64,000 nt of DNA from Phaeosaccion multiseriatum (taxonomy: Eukaryota; Protista; Ochrophyta, other classes), in the NCBI GenBank assembly GCA_965112735.1, contig OZ218950.1, positions 1,302,001 through 1,366,000 on the forward strand. The letters are read 5' to 3'. Positions 54,193 to 64,000 of this stretch are shown piece by piece (within the stretch, counting starts at the first letter, position 1; the number at the start of each line of letters is the position of its first letter). A program made the translations under genes and the position numbers. The notes beneath the pieces were generated by a model that saw nothing but the letters and a program-made list of their open reading frames with translations, was not told the DNA's origin and made no database searches.

Positions 54193-54908
54193 GGTGTTGT
54201 TGTTGCTCCACTTCGATAGGATCATCAACCCCCCCCTCGACCCTCCCACCGCTCTGGACGCTGCCGCCGCTAGTGATGCTGGCGTGCCTGGGCGTGTTGG
54301 TGCCGGCGCTTGTGACATCTGTGAGGAGGGAGGTTTTGGAGGACTCCGACCTGAGGTGGCGCTGCCCCAGCCCGGCCATCTCGCACATGTCGCCGGCATC
54401 AGAGTCTAAGCACATGAGAGAGGGGGACAGAGCGGGGAAGAGACGGGGGGTGAGAGAGAAAGAGAGACGGCGACAGAAACAGAGAGGGAGGGGGGGAGAG
54501 AGAGGGAGAGAAGGAGAGAGAGGGGCGGAGAGAGAGGAGGGGAGAGAGAAAGAGAGAAAGAGAGAAAGAGAAGAGGCGAAGCAACAACACGCAACACGCA
54601 GGGTGAGCAGGAGGGAGCACGAGTACTCGTATGTAGAACGCACATCCATCACGCCGCCCCTCCCCCGTGTATCCCCACACCTTGGTCCCTACTCCTCATC
54701 CTCCTCACCGTGCGGCGACCCTGTCAGCTCTGCCTCCGTCCGTAAGGGCGGTGGCATCACTGACACTGGCACTGAAACTGATGAAACTGATGAAAGGTCT
54801 CCTTCTTCCTTCTGCTGCTCGCCGGAGAGGGCTGCTGTGCAGAGGTCACGATCCGAGAGAGGTGAAGGAAAGACACGACAATAGGCAACCATAAACAACC
54901 ACAACAAC

Positions 54909-54941
<33 letters not shown>

Positions 54942-55867
54942 GCCTGCCCCCCATCCAGCCCTTACTCCGCCTTCTCCTCAGCAAGACACTCCGAGCGCTG
55001 TAGTCAGCCAAGGCAGGCAGCAGCGCCCGCGACATGCACCCAAGCGACTGCATCTGCCCCTCTCCCTCCCCCCCCCCTTGTCGCCCTGTCCTCCCACCAC
55101 CCCCCCTTGCCGGCAGAAGGGCTGCAGTGCGAAGAGACTGCCTGCCTGAGGCCTTACTTACCTGAGCCATTGCGTGGGCCTTCATCATCATCATCCATCG
55201 TCGTCGTGGTCTGTGAGGCGGGTCCTGGGGCTCCTTGTCGCTCTGCTGCTGTTGCTGCTGCCAGAGGGCCTGCGCTTCTTTTCCGATCCCCAAAGCTAAT
55301 GAGCGAAGAGGACGACAAGGGGTGAGGGATCGTAGCCCCAATTGGAGCAGAGAGGCGAAGGGAAGGGGAGGGGAGAGACCGGCCCAGAGAGGAGAGCATG
55401 TGGAGGTAGAAGGCAATGACGAATGATGAGAGAAAGAGGCGTCTAAGGAGGGGCCTTCTGTGGTGAGGGGAGAGAGAAAGACCAGAAAGCAAATGCCCTT
55501 GAAAATGGACTGCCCCCCGAAAAGGCACGACGTGCAGGACGTGAATGCGCAGTACCGAGCCGCGCTTACAAGTCACCAACCATTTGCCACGCCATTTCCC
55601 ACTCAGACTCACGCACCTCATCAATTTCCGGAAGCTGCTCTTCGTTTTCGGCTTTATGGACGGCCCCGTCTCTTGTTGCTCCGACGGCCCGCCCGAGGCC
55701 CAGGGCACAGATGAGGACACGCCAGGAGCCGACACGGCCAACTCTTGCGGTACTTCGTCCCTGCTACCTCCCCCTCCTGCTCCGGGGGCACTCTGAGCCA
55801 GGGGGCCAGCTGCATCCGCATCGTCGGGAGCAGCGGCGGCCTTGCTCTTTCGAAAGACCTGCCACAT
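45104..55867 (-). CDS. PPEF: Multi-exon PPEF/rdgC-type Ser/Thr protein phosphatase (IQ motif, PPP catalytic domain, EF-hands) with low-complexity N- and C-terminal extensions
   Basis: IQ motif VTIQKHMRAR...QWQ|IFAQLD; VGDLHGQ (~51965); FNGDFVDRG and LNRGNHED (51395-51515); VVHGGL; LWSDP...RGAG...RSHEC...TVFSASNY (49500-49740); EF-hand DMDGDGLISHNDF (~47020). The start and some exon limits are uncertain. Confidence 0.88.
46038..46288. repeat. Tandem duplication of a ~90-105 bp unit separated by (CA)n/(TA)n, in a PPEF intron
   Basis: acatacaggggtcgtctgcgtc...tgtatgtctgcc occurs at ~46039 and ~46198. Confidence 0.85.
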
Positions 55868-56327
55868 GTGCTGCTGGGCCTCCTCGAGCCGACCACTAGA
55901 ACAAGAACAACAACAAGACAACAAGCGTTCAATGTTGAAGGGCACAAGATGGTGAGGCTCTGGGAAAGCTGGGACCTTATGAGAGAGTGGGAGGAAGCGC
56001 ACAGGAGGTGATAACTACCCTGGGAGGCGGCGCTCTGACCTTCAAACGGAAATCCGCGTACCTCTCACAAGGTTTTTGGAACTAGCTACTCTGGGCCATT
56101 ACAGCTGAGACAAAGCACGCTAGATAGCTGCGCCGTGTTCCCCTCCTTCTCTGTGGCTGAAGTCAGAATTGATTTGACCCAGTCAGCTCTGTTTGTTTGT
56201 TTAACATACGACTTACGAGCGTGGAGTGGATTTTACGATGATGGCGCTTCCGCGGAAGAACCTGAAACTCAAACTCGGGTCACCGCTCCCGAAATCCGCT
56301 CCCACCTGAAATCAATGAAGAAGTGAA

Positions 56328-57523
56328 ATGAGGGCCTTCCACCCTGCCCTGAGGGACTGGACACGCCGCACAGGGGTGAGCGCGAGAAGAACGAGCCAGG
56401 TGTTGACGCAGTGTACCTTAGGGGGGCAGAGCTCGATGACTGTTTGGTGCTGCCAGGGTATAAGCCAGGGTCTGCAGCAACGAGAGGGCAACTTTCCAGG
56501 AGGGCGATATCGCCCCTTCTCCGGCACTTCCGCACTCTGCCGCGCTGGTGAGGGAAGCAGAGAGGTGACAATAGACGGAGAGGGGGGCACCAAAGGCGTC
56601 CGGCACTTAGTGCTCAATAGGCCCAAGGCCAATGCATTGAGTCGTGGCATGGTAGAGAGCTTTGTCGCGGCCCTGGAGAGGATAGGAGACGACGACCAGG
56701 CCCGCGTGCTTGTCATCAGTAGCGCGGTGAACGGCGTCTTCTGCGCAGGTGCGTGAAGAATTGGGCAGGTGTGTCGTGGGCAGTCTGTGCCTTGGGGAAG
56801 GCACATCCTTGGTAAGGAAGAAGAAATTTTCGCGGCATGAAATGATCTACCTTACCACTAGCCTCCGCCGCCTCCTCCTCCCTCCTCCTCCTCCCTCCTC
56901 GTCCTCCCTCCTCGTCCTCCTCCTCGTCCTCCTCGTCCTCCCCCTCTTCCTCCTCGATCTTCTCTCTTCTATCTCCCCGCGGAGGACAGGTGCCGACTTG
57001 AAAGAGAGAGCCTTAATGAAGGAGGAGGAAGTAGCGGCCTTTGTGACCAGCTTGCGAGGCCTCATGAGCCGCATTGAGCAGCTGCCTCTGCCCACCGTCG
57101 CTGCTGTAGAGGGGGCGGCACTGGGGGGGGGTCTGGAGCTCATGCTCTCCTGTGACATACGTGTCATCGGTGCGTACGTGTGTGCGTGATGATTGTCGCC
57201 GAGAGAGATGGGGGGGGGGAGAGCAAGGAAGAGAGAGAGAAGAAGGAGAGAGAGAGCATGCGAGCGAAGCTATTGCATGTCTTTGTGCGGACAGAGGTTA
57301 CGTTGTGGACGGCGGGAGAAGCGTTTTTGTGCAGCAAGTGCGGCGCTTGGATGCAGGAGTGGAATGGAAGTAAAGTGCCCCTGCCAGGCAGGGTAGGGCT
57401 ACCCATACCAGACAGACCTGAAGCCCGCTCTCTCACACGACGTTTGTTCCATCCTCGACTCGCTGTTGTTTGCGTTTTCTGCGGTTCCTCCTGCTCTTCC
57501 TCATTCTACTCCTTCTCCTACTC

Positions 57524-57599
<76 letters not shown>

Positions 57600-57666
57600 A
57601 ACTACTACTACTACTATTACTACTACTCCTACTACTATTCCTCCTCCTTCTACTACTCCTACTACG

Positions 57667-57705
<39 letters not shown>

Positions 57706-59095
57706 GCTACTATTTTTCCTCCTGCTGCTGCGGGTCTTCGTCCCCCATCGCCCCCCTCGACAGGCCGTGGAGCTGTGATGGGCCTACCAGAGACAAGTTT
57801 GGCCATCATTCCTGGGGTAAGCCTGGCAGAGAGAGAGGGAGACAGAGGGAGGGAGAAAGACATAGAGAGAGAGGGAGAGCGCGAAAGAGAGAGGGAGGGA
57901 GGGAGAAAGATAGAGAGAGAGGCAGAGAGTGAGAGAGAGTGAGAGGGAGAAAGAAAAGAGAGAGAGAGAGGGAGAGACAGAGAGAGAGTCGCGGATGACA
58001 GGACCTCATTCCTCTGACGTGGCTCTATCCTTCCTTCCTTCCCTGTCTGCCCTGCCTGCTCTGTATTACCAACTTCCCTACCCTACCTTGCCTTGTATCA
58101 CCAACTGCTATATGACCAACTACCCTGCCCTGCCCTGCCCTCTTCTGGTCAGGCGGGCGGCACACAGCGTTTGCCTCGCCTCGTGGGCCCCTCTGCTGCC
58201 AAGGAGCTCATCTTCACAGCAGAGAGGCTCGGGGCGGAGAGGGCACTGCAGCTGGGGCTCGTCAGTCATGTGACACCAGGTAGGGAGGGAAGGGAGGGAA
58301 GGAGGGAAGGAGGGGGGGAGGGGGGGGAGTAAATGAGGGGAGCGAGGGAGGGAGGGAGGGGAGGGAGCAGGAGAGAGAGGATGGGAAATAGGCAGAGAGG
58401 GAGGTGGGTACATGGGCAGGTACAGAGGAAGGTGGGTGCGTTTACTCTTTTTTTCGTTCTTTCCTCGTTTCTCTTCCGTTCTCCGGACTTGTGATGGGAC
58501 GATCTGAAACCCTCTCCCCCCCCCCCCCCATGCCCACATGCCCTGCCTGCGCTTGTGTATCTGCTGCCGTCTGCTGCCATCTGCCTGGCCACAGAGGGGG
58601 CTGCGGTCGACAAGGCGCTGGAGGTGGCGTGTAAGATAGCCGCCAACGGCCCCATCGCCGTACGGGCAGCCAAGAGGTGCGAGCTTGCTTACCATCTAGC
58701 TACGTGGGGTGCGTTTTTTGTGTGTGTGCGTGTCTGTGTGGGTGGGTGGGTGTGTATGTGTGTGTGGCGTGTGCGTGTGCGTGTGGGTGTGGGTGTGCAT
58801 GTATGTGTGTTTCCTCGTCTCTCTCTGTGTGTGTGTGCATACGGAGCCCTGTTTTCGATATATAAATGTACCCTCCAGTCCGACACCTTCCACATTCCTT
58901 CGATGTATTGAGCTCCGCTCCCGTCCCCCCATCCCATCCTTCAGAGCAATCAACTCAGGCATGCAAGCGGCAAGCTTGGAAGAGGGCCTGGCCCTCGAGG
59001 GACAATGCTACGCTGACGTGATCCACACAGAGGACAGACGGGAGGGGCTCTCAGCCTTCCGGGACAAGAGGCCGCCGGAGTACACCGGCACCTAG
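56328..59095 (+). CDS. AUH: Methylglutaconyl-CoA hydratase (AUH; crotonase family), about 6 exons, likely mitochondrial
   Basis: [13 protein letters not shown]|[27 protein letters not shown]|[43 protein letters not shown]; N-terminal targeting-like extension. Confidence 0.9.
57525..57711. repeat. (TAC)n trinucleotide microsatellite in an AUH intron
   Basis: Directly visible tandem tac units. Confidence 0.95.
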
Positions 59096-59759
59096 GCTAG
59101 ATTGGGGGGGGGGGGAGACCCTATCAGGCTAGATTGGGCTTGTTGCAAGGTGTATAGTGTATAGGCTTGATGGGGGGGGGGCTTGCAAGGGTCGAGGGAC
59201 GAGGGGCTGATGCTGCCGGCTCTTTTCGCGCGGAGAGACTGCCCGGTCCCGCCCCCAGTGTTCAGTTTCAGTTTCAGTCGGAGGGCGCTTGTGAATATGT
59301 GTATTTAAAATTGATTTTATATGATGAAAATGTGTGTGTGTTTTTTGTAATACTCACTGAAACTCTCATGTTTAAGAGACACCTCCTTTAACCCCCGTCT
59401 TAGGCCAGTGGTTGAATTACGGCGTTCACCCGTATACATTATGTACATTAAAACACAAAAGGACAGGAGAGGTATATATATTATTATGTACATTATAATT
59501 GATTATTTAATTTTAATTAAAATAAAAAAGGACAGGAGAGGGGAGCGTATCTCCTCCTGCAATTGTGACTTGTGAGTGGGTACGCAAACATCTGAGCTAC
59601 AGCATAGGCAACAGCAACAAAACCTTTGACTGTACATTATTTATAAGGTAAAGCTCTCTTCACTCTCCTCCTGCAGCTTAGACTCGTGCGCAAGCACCCG
59701 ACTGTCCGACTTGATTATTTTATACATCATACAGATCTTGTCTGCGAGTAGTGAGGAAG

Positions 59760-59925
59760 TGGGTGAGTGAGTGAGTGAGTGAGGAAGTGAGCGAATGAGT
59801 GAGTGAGTGAGTGAGTGAGTGAGTGAGTGAGTGAGTGAGTGAGTGAGTGAGTGAGTGAGTGAGTGAGTGAGTGAGTGAGTGGGTGAGTGGGTCAGTGAGG
59901 GAGTGAGTGGGTGAGTGGGTGAGTG
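59760..59925. repeat. (GAGT)n microsatellite
   Basis: Directly visible. Confidence 0.95.
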
Positions 59926-60414
59926 ATGAGACCACATACAAGAAGGAAGCTGTCTGTGTGTCCTTTTCACGGCTTGGCTTGTTCTCACTCGCTAAACATT
60001 AAACTCAAACTCGAACTCAAACGACCCCTGCCGAGCTCACCACCCCCCCCCCCGGCTTGACGTCCCAATACGATCCACTGATGCCAACTCCACCCTCCAC
60101 TGGTGTAGGCTATCGATCGACTCATTGCTGCCATAGGCCCTCCTGCCACAGCATCAGTCAGCCGGCGTGCGGTCGAATGCTCCAAACGTCCGCCCCTGGA
60201 GAGTAGGCAGCTGCTTGCTTCTCTCCCTCTCGGCCTCGAGCAGGAGGCGACGAGTAATCGAGTTTTGTAACTTAAGCATCGTAGCGCCACGACAAAAAAT
60301 TGAACCCCCTTGTTTCAAGAATTGTTGCGGCTCTCATTTCGAGCGCAATTGTTCGCCACTTTCGAAGGGGGGCACCAGAAGCACTCCTCGCCAGCTTCTG
60401 CTGCTGCATCGCCA

Positions 60415-60449
<35 letters not shown>

Positions 60450-60465
60450 ATCGCCTACTGCTGCG

Positions 60466-60497
<32 letters not shown>

Positions 60498-61207
60498 TGC
60501 TGCTCCTGCTGCTGCTGTATCGCCAACTGCTGCTGCTGCTGCTGCTGCTGTTGCTGCTTGTGAATTAGTGGTCTAGTGGTAGCTCCTCCCTCTGCAGCGG
60601 GCGACTCGGCACCCCCCCCCGAGCGACGGGGCACACAAGCAGCTGGCTTCTCCTCCTGAGGCGTCCAAGGGAAGGCAGCAACCCCACACACTCATCCCAC
60701 CCACCGTACCTCACTCACTCACTCACTCACTCACTATGCCAGTGATGATGAGGATGCAGAACTCCTAAAACCGATGCAGCCTCCTCAAACCCAAACTTTT
60801 TATGGTACACCCCAGGAGAGGGGAGAGCACGCGCTGCCTGTGACCCCCCGGGGGGAGTCAAGCCCCGCCAGTCACACGCGCACGCACACGCGCACACGCG
60901 CACGCGCACACACACACGCACACGCACACGCACACGCACACCCACGCGCGCCCGCGTGGGCTTTTCGTAGCGTTGTCGTTCATATCACTTCCTTCCCCAA
61001 ACGCGCCGGCACCATACCCTCGGTGAGGTGACGGACAGTGTGTGAGGATGTGCATAAGTTCGTACATAAAGGTCGTAGGTAAGGGTGTACACAAGGGTGT
61101 ACGGCGCCCCTCATCGGGCCCCATTCCTTTCGACTTGTTCCAATTGACTTACGCTGGTCCGTTTCTTGTCGTCGTCTTCTCGTTCCATTCGCTCTCATGT
61201 GCGTCAT

Positions 61208-62736
61208 TCATTCACACTTGGGCTTTTTGTCGTCCGAGAGAGCCCCTCCATCCCTAGCCTGCCCCCCCTTGGTCTCCCCCCCCTTGCTCCGCCCCTCCTT
61301 GCCCTTGGCCGGCCGGTCTAAGATAGCCCCACCGCCCCTGGCGTGCTGTATGCTTGAGTGGTCTTCTCGCGTCTCTTGTAAGACTTGCTCCTGCAGGCGG
61401 AAGAGGCTGTACAGCTCGTCTTGCCTCTTGTCGCCGCTGAGGTACGAGGTGAAGGCTTGCTCCAGCCTGCCGAGGAGCTGTGTGAGGAATTGGGTATACA
61501 GGCAAGGGTACATTCACACATACGCACACAGGCACACATATACACACATGCACGTGTATAGACAGAGAGAGATAAAGAGAAGGGAGGGACAAAGGGGGAG
61601 GATAGAAGCAGCAACGTAAGGAAGAGGGCAAATGCGTCTTTCCTCAACACACGTCATCAAAACACCAACCAAACAAAACCAACCACGTGCATATTCGCTT
61701 CGCAGTAAGATCGATCCACCTGTTCACTAGTGGGAAACTCTTCCTCCTCCTCCTCTTCCTCCTCCTCCCCCTCCTTCTCCTCCCTCTCACCTGAACAGAC
61801 TCCGGCAGCTCAGGGCCGGCATTCAGCAGCGCCACCATGGCGTCATCCACCATCTCTGCTACCCCCTCCTCCCACTCCGGCTTTGCCCTCATCCGATGCC
61901 TCCATTGCCCCTCCTCCTCCCCCTCCTCCCCCTCCTCCTTCTCGTGCCAAATCGCGTCCAGTGCCAACCCATGCAGCATCATATGCATCGTTCCAGCCAC
62001 AGAGTAGAGGTCCACTTCAGCCTTCCAAGGGTCGCTTCCCATTCTCATCTCCGGTCGAACGAAGAGGGTGGAGGGGCCCTGCCCTCTCTCCGGGTACTTG
62101 CGGAGGTCAATGCAATGACCAAAGTCGATGGGGGCCATGCCGTACATGATCCCTCTCTTCTTCATCTTTTCAATCTCCTCCTTCTTCTTCTCCTCCTCTT
62201 CCTCCTTCCTCCTCCTCCTCTCCTCCTCCTCCAACTTCATTTTCTCCTCCTGCTTCTTCTCATCCCCTCCCTCTCCCTCCCCTTTCTTCTTTCGGCGCAG
62301 TCTCTCTGCCGTTGCCTTGCTCCGCCCCGCCCCCCCCACCCTTTCCGCCTCCTCCTGCTGCTCCTTGCGCTTTCTCTTGGCCTCCATTCTCTCCTCCTCC
62401 TCCCCTACATTCCTCTCCACCAAAAGGAAGTTTGCCGGCTTGAGATCTGTGTGTAACACATCGCAAGCATGGACTGCCCGCACTATTTTGAACATTTCAC
62501 AACTATAGTGTATCGCCAACAGCACCGGCAAGGGCTGTAATCGTGTCTTGATGAAGGCCGCGATGACGTCGTGGACAGAGCCCGAGGCGCGCTTGGGGAG
62601 AGGCATGGCGGAGCAATCTGCGTACTGGAAAAGGGCCATAGGCTTGAGAATCTGAGGGAGGGAGGGAGGGAGGGAGTGTGAGGGAGAGAAAGGAAGGAAC
62701 GATACATGCAAACACTCCGTGCAAAACGGAACCACC

Positions 62737-62768
<32 letters not shown>

Positions 62769-63768
62769 CAACAACAACAAACAACGTTAGCCTTAAAAGA
62801 CCACCTCATCCACGTGCCCACCCACCCACCCACCCACCCACACACACACACCTGTATCCTCCGCACGTGCTCTCTCGGCAGCCTCTTTAGCCTGTGCCGC
62901 AGCTGCACAAGCATGTAACACTCCCAAGGCACGCGGCCCTCCTCAGGGCTGTTGGCCACCTTCGCACCCTTCATCTCGAGCTTGACGGCAAACTCCGGCG
63001 CTACAACCCCGCCCCCCCTCCCCCTTTGGGACCTTGATCCGGACCCCACACTGCTGCTGCGTTGTGGCTGTGGGCCCCTAGTGTCGGGGGGCGGGGTGGG
63101 AGCGAGGTCTCTGCAGAGATATACCATGGAGAAGGCTCCCTCGCCGAGCACGGAAACCACCTGAGAGATGGCAGTGGATGGATGGTAATGGATGGATGGC
63201 AGCGGATGGAACGGGGCGTATGGATGGAGGAGGGAAGGCAAGCAATGTTTGTAAAAGACGTCCGTAAGGAGCCCCTCGCCCTTCATTCATCCTCTGTTGC
63301 CACTTGAGAACGAAGACGCATGTTGCTTGACCCAGTCACCAAAGTCAACTCACTCACTCACTCTACTCACCTCTACCCTTCGTTTCCCCAAGGTAAGCAT
63401 CGGCGTCTTTGGAGGAGGCTTGACCTTCTCCTCATCACTACCACGACCATCACCACCAACGGAAGAAGACACAGAGCCAGATCCAGAGCCAGTGCCAGAG
63501 GCCTCCGCCTCCGCCTCCTGAGCTGCCGCAAGTTGGGCAGCCTCCGCGGCCTTCTTCCGGGCAAAGGCCTTGCGCAGAGCGTCGCGCGGGTCGACTGACC
63601 TGGACATCTCCTCCGGTATGTCGGTGAGGTCCACCCTTGACGTTTCGAAGTCGTGCACCAAAGGGGAGTCTCGTAGCCACGCTCGGAAACCGGCAGAGTG
63701 TGTGGTGAAGGGGCGGCACATGCGGGGGTCCCAGGGATCCTGGTGAGCGACAGGTGTTTGGGGACAGG

Positions 63769-63825
<57 letters not shown>

Positions 63826-64000
63826 AGCGATATCGATATAGATATCGGAGGTTGTGGGTGGCCCCACCCCCGAACCTGTGAGTGGGAACGGACAACCAAC
63901 ACGAGAACACTTACGATCCTTTTTTGGAGGTTAAGATCGGCAGGTGGTTATGTGTCATGTATCATGTGTGCGTGCGTGCGCGTGTGGGGAAGGGGAAGGG
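61208..64000 (-). CDS. BUB1: Bub1/BubR1-family mitotic checkpoint kinase, C-terminal kinase exons (5'-partial)
   Basis: LGEGAFSMVY, FAVKLE, PWECYMLVQLRHRL, LHTDLKPANFLL, IDFGHCIDLRKYP, PWKAEVDLYSVAGTMHMMLHG match Bub1-type kinase signatures (WExY..QL..RL; IDFG..IDL..[FY]P; PW...D....A.T.H.ML.G). The 3' end is uncertain. Confidence 0.8.
63767..63827. repeat. (GGGTGA)n hexamer tandem repeat, intronic
   Basis: About 10 perfect units, directly visible. Confidence 0.93.

Noticed and set aside
56328-59095. AUH/crotonase as a PKS beta-branching (ECH) tailoring enzyme
   Set aside because: It looks like the housekeeping leucine-catabolism enzyme, lies ~17 kb away beyond unrelated genes, and no HMG-CoA-synthase-like gene or free ACP/KS cassette is present in the window.
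59388-59400. piggyBac-like end (TTAA-CCC)
   Set aside because: No matching inverted terminus or transposase found in the window.
59641-60700. Small minus-strand gene with poly-Q between AUH and BUB1
   Set aside because: Only short interrupted frames and CAG tracts; no recognisable domain or consistent exon chain.
63767-63827. (TGAGGG)n as an interstitial telomere
   Set aside because: Short, intronic, not TTAGGG, and one of many simple repeats here; the host telomere motif is unknown.
44400-64000. Numerous short ORFs of poly-HT/CV/LS/RE/Y/T (also 24082-24492)
   Set aside because: They are translations of intronic microsatellites, or antisense shadows of GC-rich coding DNA.

Overview
Eukaryotic, GC-rich genomic window with GT-AG introns and microsatellite-laden intronic DNA; the organism cannot be identified from the sequence. 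The left ~40 kb holds a large spliced modular type I polyketide synthase on the minus strand, starting near 39708 and running off the left edge. Its domain order is KS(Cys->Ser)-ACP | KS-AT-DH-ER-KR-ACP | KS-DH-ER-KR-ACP | KS-AT-KR-ACP | KS-DH-ER-KR-ACP | KS-..., so AT-bearing and AT-less modules alternate. It shows very recent internal duplications and one apparent 1-bp frameshift. Two copies of the same Ty3/gypsy chromodomain LTR retrotransposon sit antisense inside PKS introns: a complete 12.5-kb copy (25965-38456, identical 196-bp LTRs, 4-bp TSD) and the 3' end of a second copy (1-1604). The element is the most unusual object here: (1) a DEDDy 3'-5' exonuclease domain (RNase D/WRN/mut-7 type) with all catalytic motifs, in frame between RNase H and integrase; (2) gag and pol in the same frame, separated by a single UGA-CGG followed by a 13-bp stem-loop, a classic readthrough signal; (3) no tRNA primer-binding site, but 9 nt complementary to its own LTR, as in Tf1-type self-priming. 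The right ~22 kb holds ordinary intron-rich genes: an ankyrin-repeat protein, a PPEF/rdgC-type phosphatase, methylglutaconyl-CoA hydratase (AUH) and the 3' part of a Bub1-family kinase. All alignments and splice junctions were read by eye; no searches were run.
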